NCBI RefSeq assembly: GCF_028641065.1
Contig: NC_073407.1
Location: 19,592,001-19,656,000, forward strand
Length of the DNA: 64,000 nt
Direction of reading: 5' to 3'
Source of the DNA: Leucoraja erinacea
Lineage: Eukaryota
A program made the translations under genes and the position numbers. The notes beneath the pieces are model-generated. The model did no database searches. It was given only the letters and a program-made list of their open reading frames with translations, and was not told the DNA's origin. Below, in pieces: positions 13,201-25,232 of this stretch (the first letter of the stretch is position 1; each line of letters begins with the position of its first letter).

Positions 13201-14280
13201 CTTAAGAGATGGGCTTCGGAAGGAAATGGCAGACCTTGGGAACTGGCCTGCTGACAGCACTGATCCCAATGGAATGGAGACGGATGCGTGGGTGCAACGA
13301 TAAAAGGAGGTAATGAATGTGGACTGATGGAGATCAGAGCAAGTGAGAGGGCTTCAGGCGTTCAATGAGGATTCTAGACCCCTTCATCATTTGTAGTTCA
13401 AGAAACTATCAGAGTCAAAATTCCTAGACCTTCTGTGGTGTAATTACAAACCTTGTCGAACCTCTGACATTATAGTTAGATCAGAACTGTTTTTAATTAA
13501 ACCTGTAAAGCGAAATACTCCACCAGATGAATCTGATGCTGGTTACATTGGAATGTTCTCATTTCCAAATGTAAATGATTACAACAGTGAAGGGTATGGG
13601 AGAGGTAGAATGCCTCGGGCCAGGAAGTACTATGATTAGAGTTAGGTCTAATTAAAAAGGGCACGTTGTCCTTTGCATGGAGCCTAGACAGGGAGATATT
13701 TTTCATGGCAGTACAGAATATCCAATCATAATCTCCTCTGGACTGGGAACATCTCTAGAGACATGGAGTGGGTCTGAACTGGTGAGATCAGCCCTCGTCA
13801 AATCCCCTGGTCCAAAGAATGGTAAAGGGAGAGAGGCACAGGAGAGGGAGAGGGAGAAACGGCCAGACACAAAACACAGATTAGCACAGAACATTTTGTA
13901 TTGCTGCAACTTCAGCTTCTACCACAGTGATAAAACTGCGAACTTTGATGAAGAAAAATCTCTTCAAAGGACAACAAGTTGCGTTTGATTCAGCAGATAC
14001 CTATAATCAGAGAAAATCTTTGGGAAAATTCTCTCTTTTCAGCAAACCACAGGAAGTTTAGCATGTTTACAATGCTTTTCACAATCGTAGAATATCTTAA
14101 CTACCTCAGCCTAGATTTTCACCATTATAGCAAAACAAACGTTAGTTTGTGCACTCCAGGATACCGCATACAGCATGTGGACTGAACAGATATTTTGTGT
14201 TAGTATTACTGGGGGAAGGTTACTATTGGCCAGCACGACTCTTCAGAATAGTAGTATGGGATCTTTTCAATTTATCCAAG

Positions 14281-14703
14281 AATAAGTTAGGTCTTTATTC
14301 TCTGGAGCGCAGAAGGTTAAGGGGGGACTTGATAGAGATCTTTAAAATGATGAGAGGGATAGACAGAGTTGATGTGGACAAGCTTTTCCCTTTGAGAATA
14401 GGGAAGATTCAAACAAGAGGACATGACTTCAGAATTAAGGGACAGAAGTTTAGGGGTAACATGAGGGGGAACTTCTTTACTCGGAGAGTGGTAGCGGTGT
14501 GGAATGAGCTTCCAGTGGAAGTGGTGGGGGCAGGTTCGTTGGTATCATTTAAAAATAAATTGGATAGGCATATGGATGAGAAGGGAATGGGGGGTTATGG
14601 TATGAGTGCAGGCAGGTGGGACTAAGGGAAAAAATGTTGTTCGGCACGGACTTGTAGGGCCGAGATGGCCTGTTTCCGTGCTGTAATATGGTTATATGGT
14701 TAT
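14281..14703 (+). mobile_element. CR1-clade LINE 3' end (second subfamily)
   Basis: KLGLYSLERRRLRGDLIEIFK...TRGHDF...FFTRRVVAVWNELP and an (ATATGGTT)n tail. A short minus-strand copy lies at about 17745-17887. Confidence 0.9.
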
Positions 14704-17700
14704 AAGACTCGCAGTGCGATGATTCATTTGATGAAAGCCACATTAGACGGTGGGTGTAGTACTCCCTCAGTGCTGCATTCCTGCATCAACCCAGTTTATA
14801 TGTGGACTTAACGTTCAGGTGGCAGAGAGACCTAACGAGCAAGCATTATTTTCTGTTAAATATGTATATCTGATGTGAGGACTCAATTGTTATTTTAACT
14901 TGGAAATGTGGGGTAAATGGTATGTGCTGCAAGTTGTAAAAGGGTCAGGACCTGTAGGCCACGGGATATCCTCAGAAACCAGGGGAGAGACAGGAGAGGT
15001 CCACAAAGTATTTTCCCATGTCCAAGAGCATGTTTGTGTGACCCTGCAGAAAGTTAAAATCAGCTCTTCAGTTTACATGCCTGAAGTGCCTGAAGTGCCT
15101 GAAGGACGATCTTGACTTAACAGCCGCTTTGATCATTTGTGTTGCTTTCAGAGTGCTAGTCATATTTTCTCATGTATTAGCCTAAATATTATAAAATAGT
15201 GTTAATTTAAACAACCATCATTTGTTGTTAGCCTAAACATTACAGGGTCGGGGCTTGGGTTTCTGGAGTTCAAGCAAGGTACTCATTTCTTTTTACAGTT
15301 AAACGTTTGCACGGAGTGTGTGCACAGGGGCCACTCCAAGGCGGCAGGTGGATGACTTCACTTTTATCCCAAGTGAGATTTAAACAGGAATGAAACAACA
15401 ATCAATATACTTCAAAAGTGAGGCAAAATAGTTTTGTTTTTAAATAAACCTCTTTGTGGGAAGACTTTTTTCCATTGGATGTATGGAATTAAGAATTCAT
15501 CCACAGAATCTTCCACAGATGCAACGGGTCAATGGCCTCCTTGCCTATTAAACTGCACGGTGATTCTACAATGATCAAGCCATCAATCCCACTGTTCTGG
15601 ACATATGGAGTATGACCAATTGCATTAACAAGAGCTAACGTGAGTGACTACCTCTGAAGAAATGATGTTTGGATTCAGGATATCCACGGCCCCTGCCTTC
15701 ACCCCACCCTACGCAAAGAATCCCCTTATTGTTCAAAACTCACGAATGAGGGTTGTCGTGAGGAAGGTACAGAGGGAGAGCGGAGAGTGATGAAGAGATG
15801 GATCAGGAAGAAGTAGAATGTTAAGATGCGAGAGGAAGTGGGAAGTTTCTCTTCAGTGCCAGGATAATTGGAGGAAGACTTGTTCTTCTAACAATAATGC
15901 CATGGATTCTTCCATATCTGTCCAAACGGATAGGAAGGATTTAATAGGACTAAACAAGTCTGTCAGTACCACAGGGTCCAGTGTGTGGGCTCCAATTAGT
16001 TCTTGTAGATGGTTTATGCATGCAACCTATAACATAGCTACCTCAACACCACTAACCACGCCCAGCCATATCAGTATAACTTTAATATCCTCCCTTTGTT
16101 CCTCCCTTAGGTTCCAGTACGCCTGAAGACTAGATGCAGTCAGTACTGGGACGTGTGTAACATATGCCTTGATTAACGACTCAGTAAAGGTCACAGTGTG
16201 TCAGACTCCACTCCTTTACAGTTCTAATCTACGCCAACAATTTGGAAGAGAGGACCAATCGTAATATTTTCGAGTTTGCTGACAACAAAAACAAAGCACG
16301 AATGCAAAGTGACAAGAATACACCGCGGGTCTGAGGGTAGACTGTGAAAATCATAAAACCTACAGATTCTGGAAATCTGAAATTAAAGCAGAAAATGCTA
16401 GAAATAGCAAAACAGGCAGCATATGTGAAAGGAGAAAGACAATTAATGTTTCAAATCAAATACATTTTGACATCTGAAGAAAAGAGAAAAAACGTTTTCT
16501 TTGCCTAAATAAACAGACAAGACCATGGCTGATGGTGTGAAAAGTGGAGAAATGCATTGGTGTAATAAACAGAAATGCAGAGGTTTTTTTTTTTAAAATG
16601 GGAATGTTGATCTGTGTGTCCTTGCACACAAACTACTGAAAGGTAACATGAAGATTCAACAGGCAGTAATGGGAAAGGTATGTTGGCCTTTATTGTAAGT
16701 TGATTTGAGTACAAGGAACAGGAATTTATATAGAACCATGGTGAGACCAAACATTGTTAGGGCAGCTGATCAGAGACGGTCAGGAAGCATTTCTTCCCAC
16801 AAAGAGGAGCGGAATTGTGGAAGACATCCACACTCCCTCTTCCCCACAAAACAGCCATGAAGGCTGGAGGTCCATTGAAAATGTATTGGGTTTATTTAAT
16901 CAGCAGGAGTGATGGAGTTTACAGTCTCCATACCAAAATAAGGATCAGCTTGCAATAGGGAGAGGACACTGAAGATGCTTCCTAGGTTGGTGGGTACGAG
17001 GAAAGATTGAGTGGATGAGAGATAAAATCTCTAATGTTGAAAAAAATAAGAGGTGACATCATTGGGACGTACAGGCTCATAGGGCTAGATAATGTAGATG
17101 CAAGGAAGATACTCCCCAGCTAAGAAATCTAGAACCATGGATCATGGAATCAAAATAAGGTTTGGGCCACAATGGAGTGAAACTTGGAGAAACCTCCTCA
17201 TTCATTCACCTCCTGTACTCACTCAGTAATGCACTGGCAGCTGCGATTTGGATGATGAAACTGGGACTGAACCCACAACCCTGAAGTGGAAATCAAACCC
17301 GTGATTCTGACGGCAAGTTGCTGCTGGACTGAGTCAGGGATGCTATGTTTTCAAGTGAATTAATTTCAATCCAATCAGTTGAACAATGATTTGGTAGGTC
17401 CATATCTAATTTGAGTCTGTAATAATTGGAGCACAGAAATAACCCAATTAAACATTGAGGATGTCCTGTGTCAATCCACATTGAAAGACTAAACAAGCCA
17501 TTGTCTCAGAGGAGCAAACTTCACTGGGCGCTATGCCATGAGACAATTTATGTTTCCCGTGCTTATCGGAGGGCGGAAGTAATACAGGCAAATAAAATGT
17601 TGCATCCTTGTACAAACTAAATAAATTAAATTGCAGACTGATCAGTCTTCATTTCAAGGGCTCAGCACATCAGTTCCAAGGTCTATTAGCAAGAAAGACT

Positions 17701-18057
17701 GTCAGTAATACTGGCTCTACTCCTAATAGACTCAAGATGTTAATAACCATATAACCATATAACATATAACAATTTACAGCACGGAAACAGGCCATCTCGA
17801 CCCTTCTAGTCCGTGCCGAACACATATTCTCCCCTAGTCCCATATACCTGCGCTCAGACCATAACCTTCCATTCCGTTCCCGTCCATGTTGTTAGGTAGG
17901 GTAGCACATCTTTACCGAGCAAGGCTGCACAGGCGTGCTTGTTTCCAAGAGACAAAACACCGACCGGGGAATCAAAGGTGTAAATAGAAAGAAGAAGAAT
18001 TGAAAAGAAAGTCTTGCATTTTTACAGTCACTTCTCAAATTTAGACTATCCCGAAGT

Positions 18058-18290
18058 TAGTTCCAGTCAGTCGAAAGTTTACAATGCTTTGCGATGTCCC
18101 ACGGTTGCGACATGCACAATCGAAATGCAGAGTGGCAGTTTTTATGATTTAAATACTAGTTCAAGTCGGAACCAAAAATGGAGGTTTAGAGCTTTGGGAT
18201 GTCCCATGGGAGCAACAGGCACAATAGAAATGCTATCAAAAGTGGAAATTGTTTTAAATACTAGTTCAAGTGGTGGTCCAAAAATGCAGG
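18058..18290 (+). repeat. Diverged tandem repeat, period about 105 bp, about 2.2 copies
   Basis: GCTTTG(C/G)GATGTCCCA at 18086 and 18191. TTTAAATACTAGTTCAAGT...CCAAAAATG occurs twice. Confidence 0.75.
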
Positions 18291-19361
18291 TCCGTAAATG
18301 TGTTCATTTTTAAAATAGGGCAACATTTTAATTCAGTGACGGAATCCCTATCCAGAGCTCCCAACCCCCACCACCAGTGGTGCATTGCTCCACCAATTGG
18401 TGCCATGTGCCCACCTGGCATCGGCAGCGCCCGGGAGAGTTTGGGAGGAAGATGCCACAACTACTGGGAATGCCGGATGTGCGTCTCAGTGTCTGGAACC
18501 TGGCTGCAGGAACTCCATAAATTCATTTACATACTAGAAGGTTATATGTTGAAGGTTAATAAGAGTTTTTGATTTATATACTCCCCTCAGATTGGGCAGA
18601 CTATACCTTAAAGACAAACCCCGTCAATGCCTGAAGAATAAGGAATTCTGTGCAGGTCCAGGTGCCGGGCTGCCAAGGAACACAGTCAATTAGAAATGAT
18701 CAGTTGCTGCAACAAATGATCAATTTTGTAGAATTACTTCACCTCAACTCTTGATCTGTGAGCTATAAATGACAATGTCCATCTCAACGCAGGTAGTTCT
18801 GCTTTAACGCGATAGTTATATTCCTATGAAAACTCATATTATATTTGTGTTATAAAAACAATTATGTCAGTGGGGAAGAGGAGGTTTGGAGCTAGAGTTT
18901 CAGAGTATCTATTTTTCCCCCAACAGGATTTTGGAAAATAAAGGTCTTTCAATAGCAATGTTTATTTATATTAAGACAAACTAACAATACAAAAGTCTAT
19001 TTGTTACATTATTTAACAGAGTATCACTTGCACAAGTGTCAAGATTAGCCAACCATGCGGTACTTTGTCAAAGGCCTTGATAATGTCCATGTCAACGTCT
19101 ACCACCCTGTCCTTGTTAATTCTCTGGGTCACCTTCAAAAACGTAACCAAATTCAAGAGACATGATTTCCCCTGCACAAAGCCATGATGACTATCTCTAA
19201 TCAGTCCTTGCCTTTCCAAATGCTGGTAGATTCTATCCTTCAGAATTCCCTGCAGTCCTTTTCCCATTCTTGAGGTTAGGATCACTGGCTCGTTAGTTCC
19301 CAGACTTGTCTTTGCCACCTTCTTTACCACGCCCATTAGCCACACCCAAGTCTTCCCATTC

Positions 19362-19758
19362 GGAAGATTGAGGGGGGATCTTATAGAAATGTACAAAATT
19401 CTTAAGGGGTTGGACAGTCTAGATGCAGGAAGATTGTTCCCGATGTTGGGGAAGTCCAGAACAAGGGGTCACAGTTTAAGGATAAGGGGATCTTTTAGGA
19501 CCGAGATGAGAAAAACTTTTTTCACACAGAGTGGTGAATCTGTGGAATTCTCTGCCACGGAAGATAGTTGAGGCCAGTTCATTGGCTATATTTAAGAGGG
19601 AGTTAGATGTGGCCCTTGTGGCTAAAGGGATCAGGGGGTATGGAGAGAAGGCAGGTACAGGATACTGAGTTGGATGCTCAGCCATGATCATATTGAATGG
19701 CGGTGCAGGCTCGAAAGGCCGAATGGCCTACTCCTGCACCTATTTTCTAAGTTTCTAT
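19362..19758 (+). mobile_element. CR1-clade LINE 3' end
   Basis: Near-identical to the 5211-5721 family, with small deletions. It interrupts an older minus-strand CR1 RT remnant (about 19020-19325, KAFDKVPH). Confidence 0.9.
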
Positions 19759-21635
19759 ACCTCATCTGTGGCTAAAGATGATGCAATTATCTCTCCCATG
19801 GCCCTTGCAATTTCTTCCTGGATTCCTACAATGTCCTAGGTTACACTTGATCAAGCCCCATGATTTCATCCATGTTAATATGCCTTAACACCACCACCAG
19901 CTCCCTCGTTAGCAATGTGGATATGTTACACGCGGTCATAATTGATTTAGCAGAATTGCTTAGCTTCCACAGTCAACTTTGTAGTGAAAGTCATGACGTT
20001 ATTGCACCATCCAGTGGCAAGAGCGCTGATCCACAAACAAGAGTTCAAATCCCACTTAAGCAAATGGGAATTTAAATTAAATAAATCTGAAATAATAACT
20101 ATATTCTGCACTTTGTTATCGCTACCTATTTTACGAGCTTAGCTTGATTGTATTTATGGATAGTGTCATTTGATTTCATTGGATATCATGCAATTCAAAT
20201 CTTTTCACTGTACTTTTGTACACGTGACAATAATAAATCTAAACCTAAACGCTTGCATCAATACCAGATGGCCGTATAAAGCAATCTGCTTCATAAATAT
20301 CCTACCCTGCCAATCTTAGGGCAGCATTTGTGGCACAGCAGTTTGAGCTGCTGCCTCACAACTACAGGATGTGGGTCTGATCCTGACCAATGCTCTGTCC
20401 AGGTGAAATGTGTACATTCTCCCTGTGACCGCGAGGATTTCTTCCGAATGCACTTTTCCTCCCACATCCCACGGATGCGCTGGTAAGTTCATTGGCTTCT
20501 GCAAATTACCCTTCTGTGCTGAATGGCAAAAACAAGCAAAGGGAGATAGAACATCGAACACAAAACACACAGCTTGCAGCAGAGGACTGGCCCAATGGCT
20601 CACAATGTCAGGGCCGATCATAATGCCAAACTAATCCCTTCTGCCTGCCCTTGTTCCATACACCTCCACTCCCTGCATAACCAGATGTCCATGTAAAAGC
20701 CTCTTTTGGCTTCGACCACCTCTCCAGGCAGCATGTTCCAGGTACCCACCACTTTCTGTGTTAAATATCTTGCTCTGCACATCTCCTTTAAACGTTCCCC
20801 CTCTGACCTTCTGGCTGTACCCTCTAGTCTTTGACATTTCCACTCCGGCCAAAAGGTTCTGACCGTCTCTCCATTCTTCCACTCTCGGAATTTTATAGTG
20901 AAGGGTGTCTTAAAGTCGCAGGGATACAGGGAGATAAGGACTGGGGAAATAAAACCAGCTACTCTGGTAGTGACAAGCCAATGGATTGAACGGCCATGTC
21001 TGTGTCATTATAACAAGATGATTATAGAGTACTCCGTCTGTATTATAGATGACTCCAGATTCTCTGATGCGTTTAATTCTTTGAAATAGCCCTCGGGGGC
21101 AATTGCTGACGAACAAGGCCTTCCCATCTATTGAACAAGTAATAAAAAACATACTCGGCCCCCCACGATTCTGTTTCATAGCCCTCTATTCTAATTAGCG
21201 TCATTCCTTAAGGCACAATTTAACCAGTGCAGGGCCCGTTTGAAGCACCCTTGTAAACAACTCACGGTGACTTGAGAATCGAAAATCACATCTGTGCGCT
21301 GCTTCCCACCCTGGGGCAGCCTCGCCGACGCAACGATTGTTTTCTATTTAACACCAACCAAATCAGCAGAAAATAAATACCAGTGCGGAAACGACTTTAC
21401 GAGGTATTTATGATCTCAACTTCAATTGAGAACATGCGTTTGCGGCTACCCGTGGCAGCTGCTCCTCATACTACAGCCGGCTAAGATGCACGAGAGGAAA
21501 TTTTGGTTTAACATTCACAAGATTCACGCAGCTGATGCACTGTACTGGTTCCACTACCAGTAATGCACAGAGCCAAGTTTGAACCTCACCTTCTTCTTCC
21601 AACGGGTTCAATAAATGATCCAAATGATCCAAATT

Positions 21636-21880
21636 CACACATGCACTGACTACACCGCCCAACACGGACTTCCATCTGTATATATGTATATATGTATGTA
21701 GCGCCGCAGAATTTGTGCACCTATTCCCCCCCCCCCATCTCCTTTCTGTTTTTTGTTTTTTCTGTTTCTTGTTTTTTGTGCTAAATTGTATGTATGCACT
21801 GAGTACGAGCAGCTTTCAGTTTCACTGTACATGTATAGTGACAATAAATGGCATATTCTATATTCTATTCTATATTCTAT
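21636..21880 (+). mobile_element. 3' UTR-only copy of the LINE at 62237-63180
   Basis: Near-identical to the reverse complement of about 62255-62475 (CATGCACTGACTACACCGCCCAACACGGACTTCCATCTG...GACAATAAATGGCAT), but with an (ATTCT)n tail. Confidence 0.85.
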
Positions 21881-22051
21881 CCTGCAATTGCAACAGCGAG
21901 TGGTTCGTTTTGAATTCATTCAATATTTGGAAGTTTAAATGAACGAGATTGCAATTATAAATAATCACCCAGAGGTTGTAAGGTTGGGAAACTGGGAAGA
22001 ATTTGGAGTGACATGGGCCAAATGCAGGCGTTGGGACTAGCCCAAATGCCA

Positions 22052-22516
22052 ACACAAAAAGCTGGAGTAACTCGGCGGGACAGGCAGCATCTCTACAGAG
22101 AAGGGATGGGTGACGTGCCGCGGGTGCCTGCTAGCGCACACAGATATCGAACCCGGCGTTCACAAGCCGCGGTCACGTGACTCAGGAGGGGCTGCTTGTT
22201 TTGCGCGGTTTTTCACTTGCGCGCGTTAGTTCAGCGCTGACCACCGTTGTGGGCAGACGTGTCTGGAGAACCCGTATACTGGATATCGAACTTTTGAATA
22301 AAGATCTGTTGAAAACTCCAGTAGTAGTCGTTTCTCAGACCACTAAAGACGTTTCGGGTCGAGATCCATTCAGACCATTCCAATGCCTCTAGTCTCTCTC
22401 TCTCTCTCTCCCCTGGCTTTCAGTCTGAAGCAGGAACCCGTCCCGTCTCCAGCATTTTGTGCCTAATCTTCGGGGCAAACCAGCATCCGCATGCAGACTG
22501 CAGTTCCTTCCTACAC
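22052..22516. mobile_element. Fold-back Penelope-terminus element interrupted by a solo LTR
   Basis: CACAAAAAGCTGGAGTAACTC...GGGTGACG [LTR] GACGTTTCGGGTCGAG...CAGTCTGAAG...CTGCAGTTCCTTCCTACAC. Confidence 0.75.
22116..22347 (+). mobile_element. Solo LTR (Gypsy-like)
   Basis: Starts TG, ends ACCACTAAA (degenerate ...TACA), has an internal AATAAA and a 4-bp TSD GACG (22112-22115, 22348-22351). CpG-rich. Confidence 0.75.
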
Positions 22517-22690
22517 AAGTTGGGCTGTCGCGGGGGAGAAGGCAGGAAAATGCGGGCGAGAGCAGACGCGATGGGTCGAATGGCCTAATTCTGCCCCCGG
22601 TGTGTCTTGTGTGGTCTTTAGTGGTCGAGTTTGGGGTTGCAGGTGCACAACCAAGGCGAGGAAGAGCTGATGCTGTACATGGAGGGTGTT

Positions 22691-22850
22691 TAAGAAGGAA
22701 CTGCAGGTGCTGGTAAATCGAAGGTGGACAAAGGTGCTGGAGAAACTCAGCGGGAGGAAATAGGCAACGTTTCGGGCCGAAACGTTACCTATTTCCTTCA
22801 CTCCTTAAATGCTGCTGCACCCGCTGAGTTTCTCCAGCACCTTTGTCTAC
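22691..22850. mobile_element. Fold-back Penelope-terminus element
   Basis: AAGAAGGAACTGCAG...AACGTTTCGGGCCGAAACGTT...CTGAGTTTCTCCAGCAC, with inverted arms. Confidence 0.8.
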
Positions 22851-23024
22851 CCTGTACATGGTATAGGACAGGTTTGGAGGGATATGGAGCAAGCGCAGGC
22901 AAGTTTGACCAGTAGTAGCTGGGACATGTTTGGCCTAAGTGGGCAAGTGGACAAATGTGGCCCGAAGTGGCCTCTTTCCACACTGGATCACACTATGCTG
23001 GAGGAACTCAGTGGGTCGGGCAGG

Positions 23025-23445
23025 GTATACTCTCTAGAATTTAGGAGATTGAGAGGGGATCTTATAGAAACTTACAAAATTCTTAAGGGGTTGGACAGGC
23101 TAGATGCAGGAAGATTGTTCCCGATGTTGGGGAAGTCCAGGACAAGGGGTCACAGCTTAAGGATAAGGGGGAAATCTTTTAAAACCGAGATGAGGAGAAC
23201 TTTTTTCACACAGAGAGTGGTGAATCTCTGGAACTCTCTGCCACAGAGGGTAGTTGAGGCCAGTTCATTGGCTATATTTAAGAGGGAGTTAGATGTGGCC
23301 CTTGTGGCCAAGGGGATCAGAGGGTATGGAGAGAAGGCAGGTACGGGATACCGAGTTGGATGATCAGCCATGATCATATTGAATGGCGGTGCAGGCTCGA
23401 AGGGCCGAATGGCCTACTCCTGCACCTAATTTCTATGTTTCTATG
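23025..23445 (+). mobile_element. CR1-clade LINE 3' end
   Basis: YSLEFRRLRGDLIETYKILKGLDRLDAGRLFP...WNSLP and a TTTCTATGTTTCTATG tail. Confidence 0.92.
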
Positions 23446-23770
23446 TGTGATGCCCCTGTCCCGATGTAACCTGCGATTTCCGGCAACCACCTTCAACTAG
23501 CATGGCAACCGGCTTCGACTAAAAAATGACCTATTTTTAGTCGCGACCGGTTTTGAATGTTTTGAAATAATCGCGGGAACATAGAAGATGCGGAAACCAC
23601 TTTCGACCGTTAGGGAGACTGACAAAAACCTCCGGGAACCGCACGGAAACCTTGGGTGGGGCGCAAAGTCTCCAGAGGTTTCCGTTGACTGGCAATCACC
23701 AAGGTGCAGAGTTAAGTAGTGTAACAGCCAAAGGGAAGAATGGACTGGGACGGCTCCTGTGACAACTCAC

Positions 23771-24142
23771 CCAAGTGCAGGGTCAGGTTGACGGAGTTGG
23801 GGAACTGCACGCCGTGTAACATGGACGGGCTCTGCCACCAGCTGGGCTCTTCCTCGCTGTGGAAGTCGTTGAGGGAGGTGGAGTTGTGGCTCCGCCTGGC
23901 ATCACACGTGTGGCAGGATTTGGTGACTCCGGTGGCGCCGGTCTGTAGACAGTACTCCTCCGGGTCGGGGTCACCGCACACGGCGCTGGCCAGCACACTC
24001 CGACCGAAAGCGGCGTTGCAAAATTCGGGGATGCACCTTTGGGCTCTTCCCGGCTCCTGCTCATCATAACACACGAATCCATTCCAGCCAGGGCAACGCA
24101 CAAGTGCAAAGAAAGCGCAGTGAGAAATGTCGGCAGCTCCAT
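23771..24142 (-). CDS. lamc3: Laminin gamma chain (best match gamma-3), first coding exon: signal peptide plus start of LN domain; contains a 2-bp frameshift at 24069-24070
   Basis: ATG at 24142 in strong Kozak context (ACTATGG) gives the signal-like MELPTFLTALSLHLCVALAGMDSC. After an extra GT the other frame reads YDEQEPGRAQRCIPEFCNAAFGR...CG..PEEYCLQTGATGVTKSCHTCDA...DFHSEEEPSWWQSPSMLHGVQFPNSVNLTLHLG, a laminin gamma LN N-terminus. DFH..E..WWQSPSM fits LAMC3 better than LAMC1. The exon ends at a phase-1 donor, TTG G|GTGAGT (intron starts 23770). Confidence 0.88.
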
Positions 24143-24296
24143 AGTTATCGCCGCAGACAGCCACTCTGTTCTTCCCTCAGTCTCCCTGGTTCAATCCGCT
24201 CTGCTTTGGAGAAAGCACTCGATAAAACCCTCAAATACCCACATCCCACCAAAACTGGAAACTTATTGCAATGACAGTTTGATATAGTCCTGCTCC

Positions 24297-24310
24297 CTGC
24301 CCCCTGGTGG
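24297..24310 (-). promoter_or_regulatory. CTCF core motif upstream of the lamc3 start codon
   Basis: The minus strand reads CCACCAGGGGGCAG, a close match to the vertebrate CTCF consensus, about 155 bp 5' of the ATG in non-repetitive DNA. Confidence 0.6.
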
Positions 24311-24779
24311 GCAGAACCCTGAGCGCAGTTTGCGGGAGGAAACTGTAAATATCTGCACCTTCTCAGGACATCCCAAAATGTTGCATCCCATTTGAATTAA
24401 GTTAAGACTGAGCGATGCAATCAGTCCAAATCAAAGCAGCGATGTTGGAAATGAGACCATTCCGGATTTAAGTTACTTTAAGCCCTGCACCAAATGTAGC
24501 AGTTTTAAAAATGTTGCAAAGTATAGAATGCGGATATTGCAAAGTATAGAATGCAGTGCAAACCAAAGATCTTTGGTGCAAACCGCAGACGCAAATCAAC
24601 TGCAGATGCGAAAATCTTGAGATAAACACAAAGTTCTGCCCGAAACATCGCCGATCAAAGTCCTCCAGAGATTCTGCCTGAGCCGTCTAGTTACTGTTCC
24701 ACGCAGTACAAAACGCAGCTGATTTCGTGCCCAACACGAGCGGCAATGTGAAAATGCTCAGACCACCTTTTAAAGTGAT

Positions 24780-24916
24780 TAAGGGGGAACTGCAGATGCT
24801 GGAAAATCGAAGGTAGACAGAAGTGCTGGAGAAACTCAGCGGGTGCAGCAGCATCTATGGAGCGAAGGAATCCAGAAGCTGCACCTGCTGAGCTTCTCCA
24901 GCACTTTTGTCTACCT
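24780..24916. mobile_element. Penelope-terminus element with short inverted arm
   Basis: Same GAACTGCAGATGCTGGAAAATCGAAGG family, followed by a partial reverse-complement arm. Confidence 0.75.
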
Positions 24917-25232
24917 TTTAAAGTGAGGTTGTTTGATAGGTGAATATCGAGAAAGGGATAGCATCCCGGACGTTCCGAAGAAACCAAATAGAAATATGAA
25001 TGAGAAAACCAAACGAAGGCTGGTAAAATAATCGTTCTAATCCAATACTTTACGCCCCACAAACCTAAAGAATGTAGGGACATGGCCAATGTCCCATCTA
25101 CAATCTGTAACAAAATGCTCTTGAATCATCCTTAGAGTGAAAAAAAGTGGCTCCACAAGGCACACTGGGGTTGCCAACGACATAAGATGGGTGGTATTGC
25201 AAAATAAAAATGTAGTTTGAAAATATTCTTCA

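Larger units (their letters stand above)
12102..16919. repeat. About 170-bp inverted duplication (12102-12272 and 16753-16919)
   Basis: CTCCAGCCTTCATGGCTGTTTTGTGGGGAAG...CCTCTTTGTGGGAAGAAATGCTTCCTGACCGTCTC has its reverse complement at 16770-16870. Confidence 0.88.

Noticed and set aside
13497-13706. HSTSWPEAF resembling laminin HTSRPESF
   Set aside because: Isolated short match with no laminin similarity in the flanks.
12609-18290. Short direct repeats as a possible CRISPR-like array
   Set aside because: Only two-copy tandem units without unique spacers, in a eukaryotic context with no cas genes.
18788-18860. CAGGTAGTTCTGCTTTAACGCG, a possible pogo/Tigger TIR
   Set aside because: No partner TIR or TA TSD found. 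Too weak to call.
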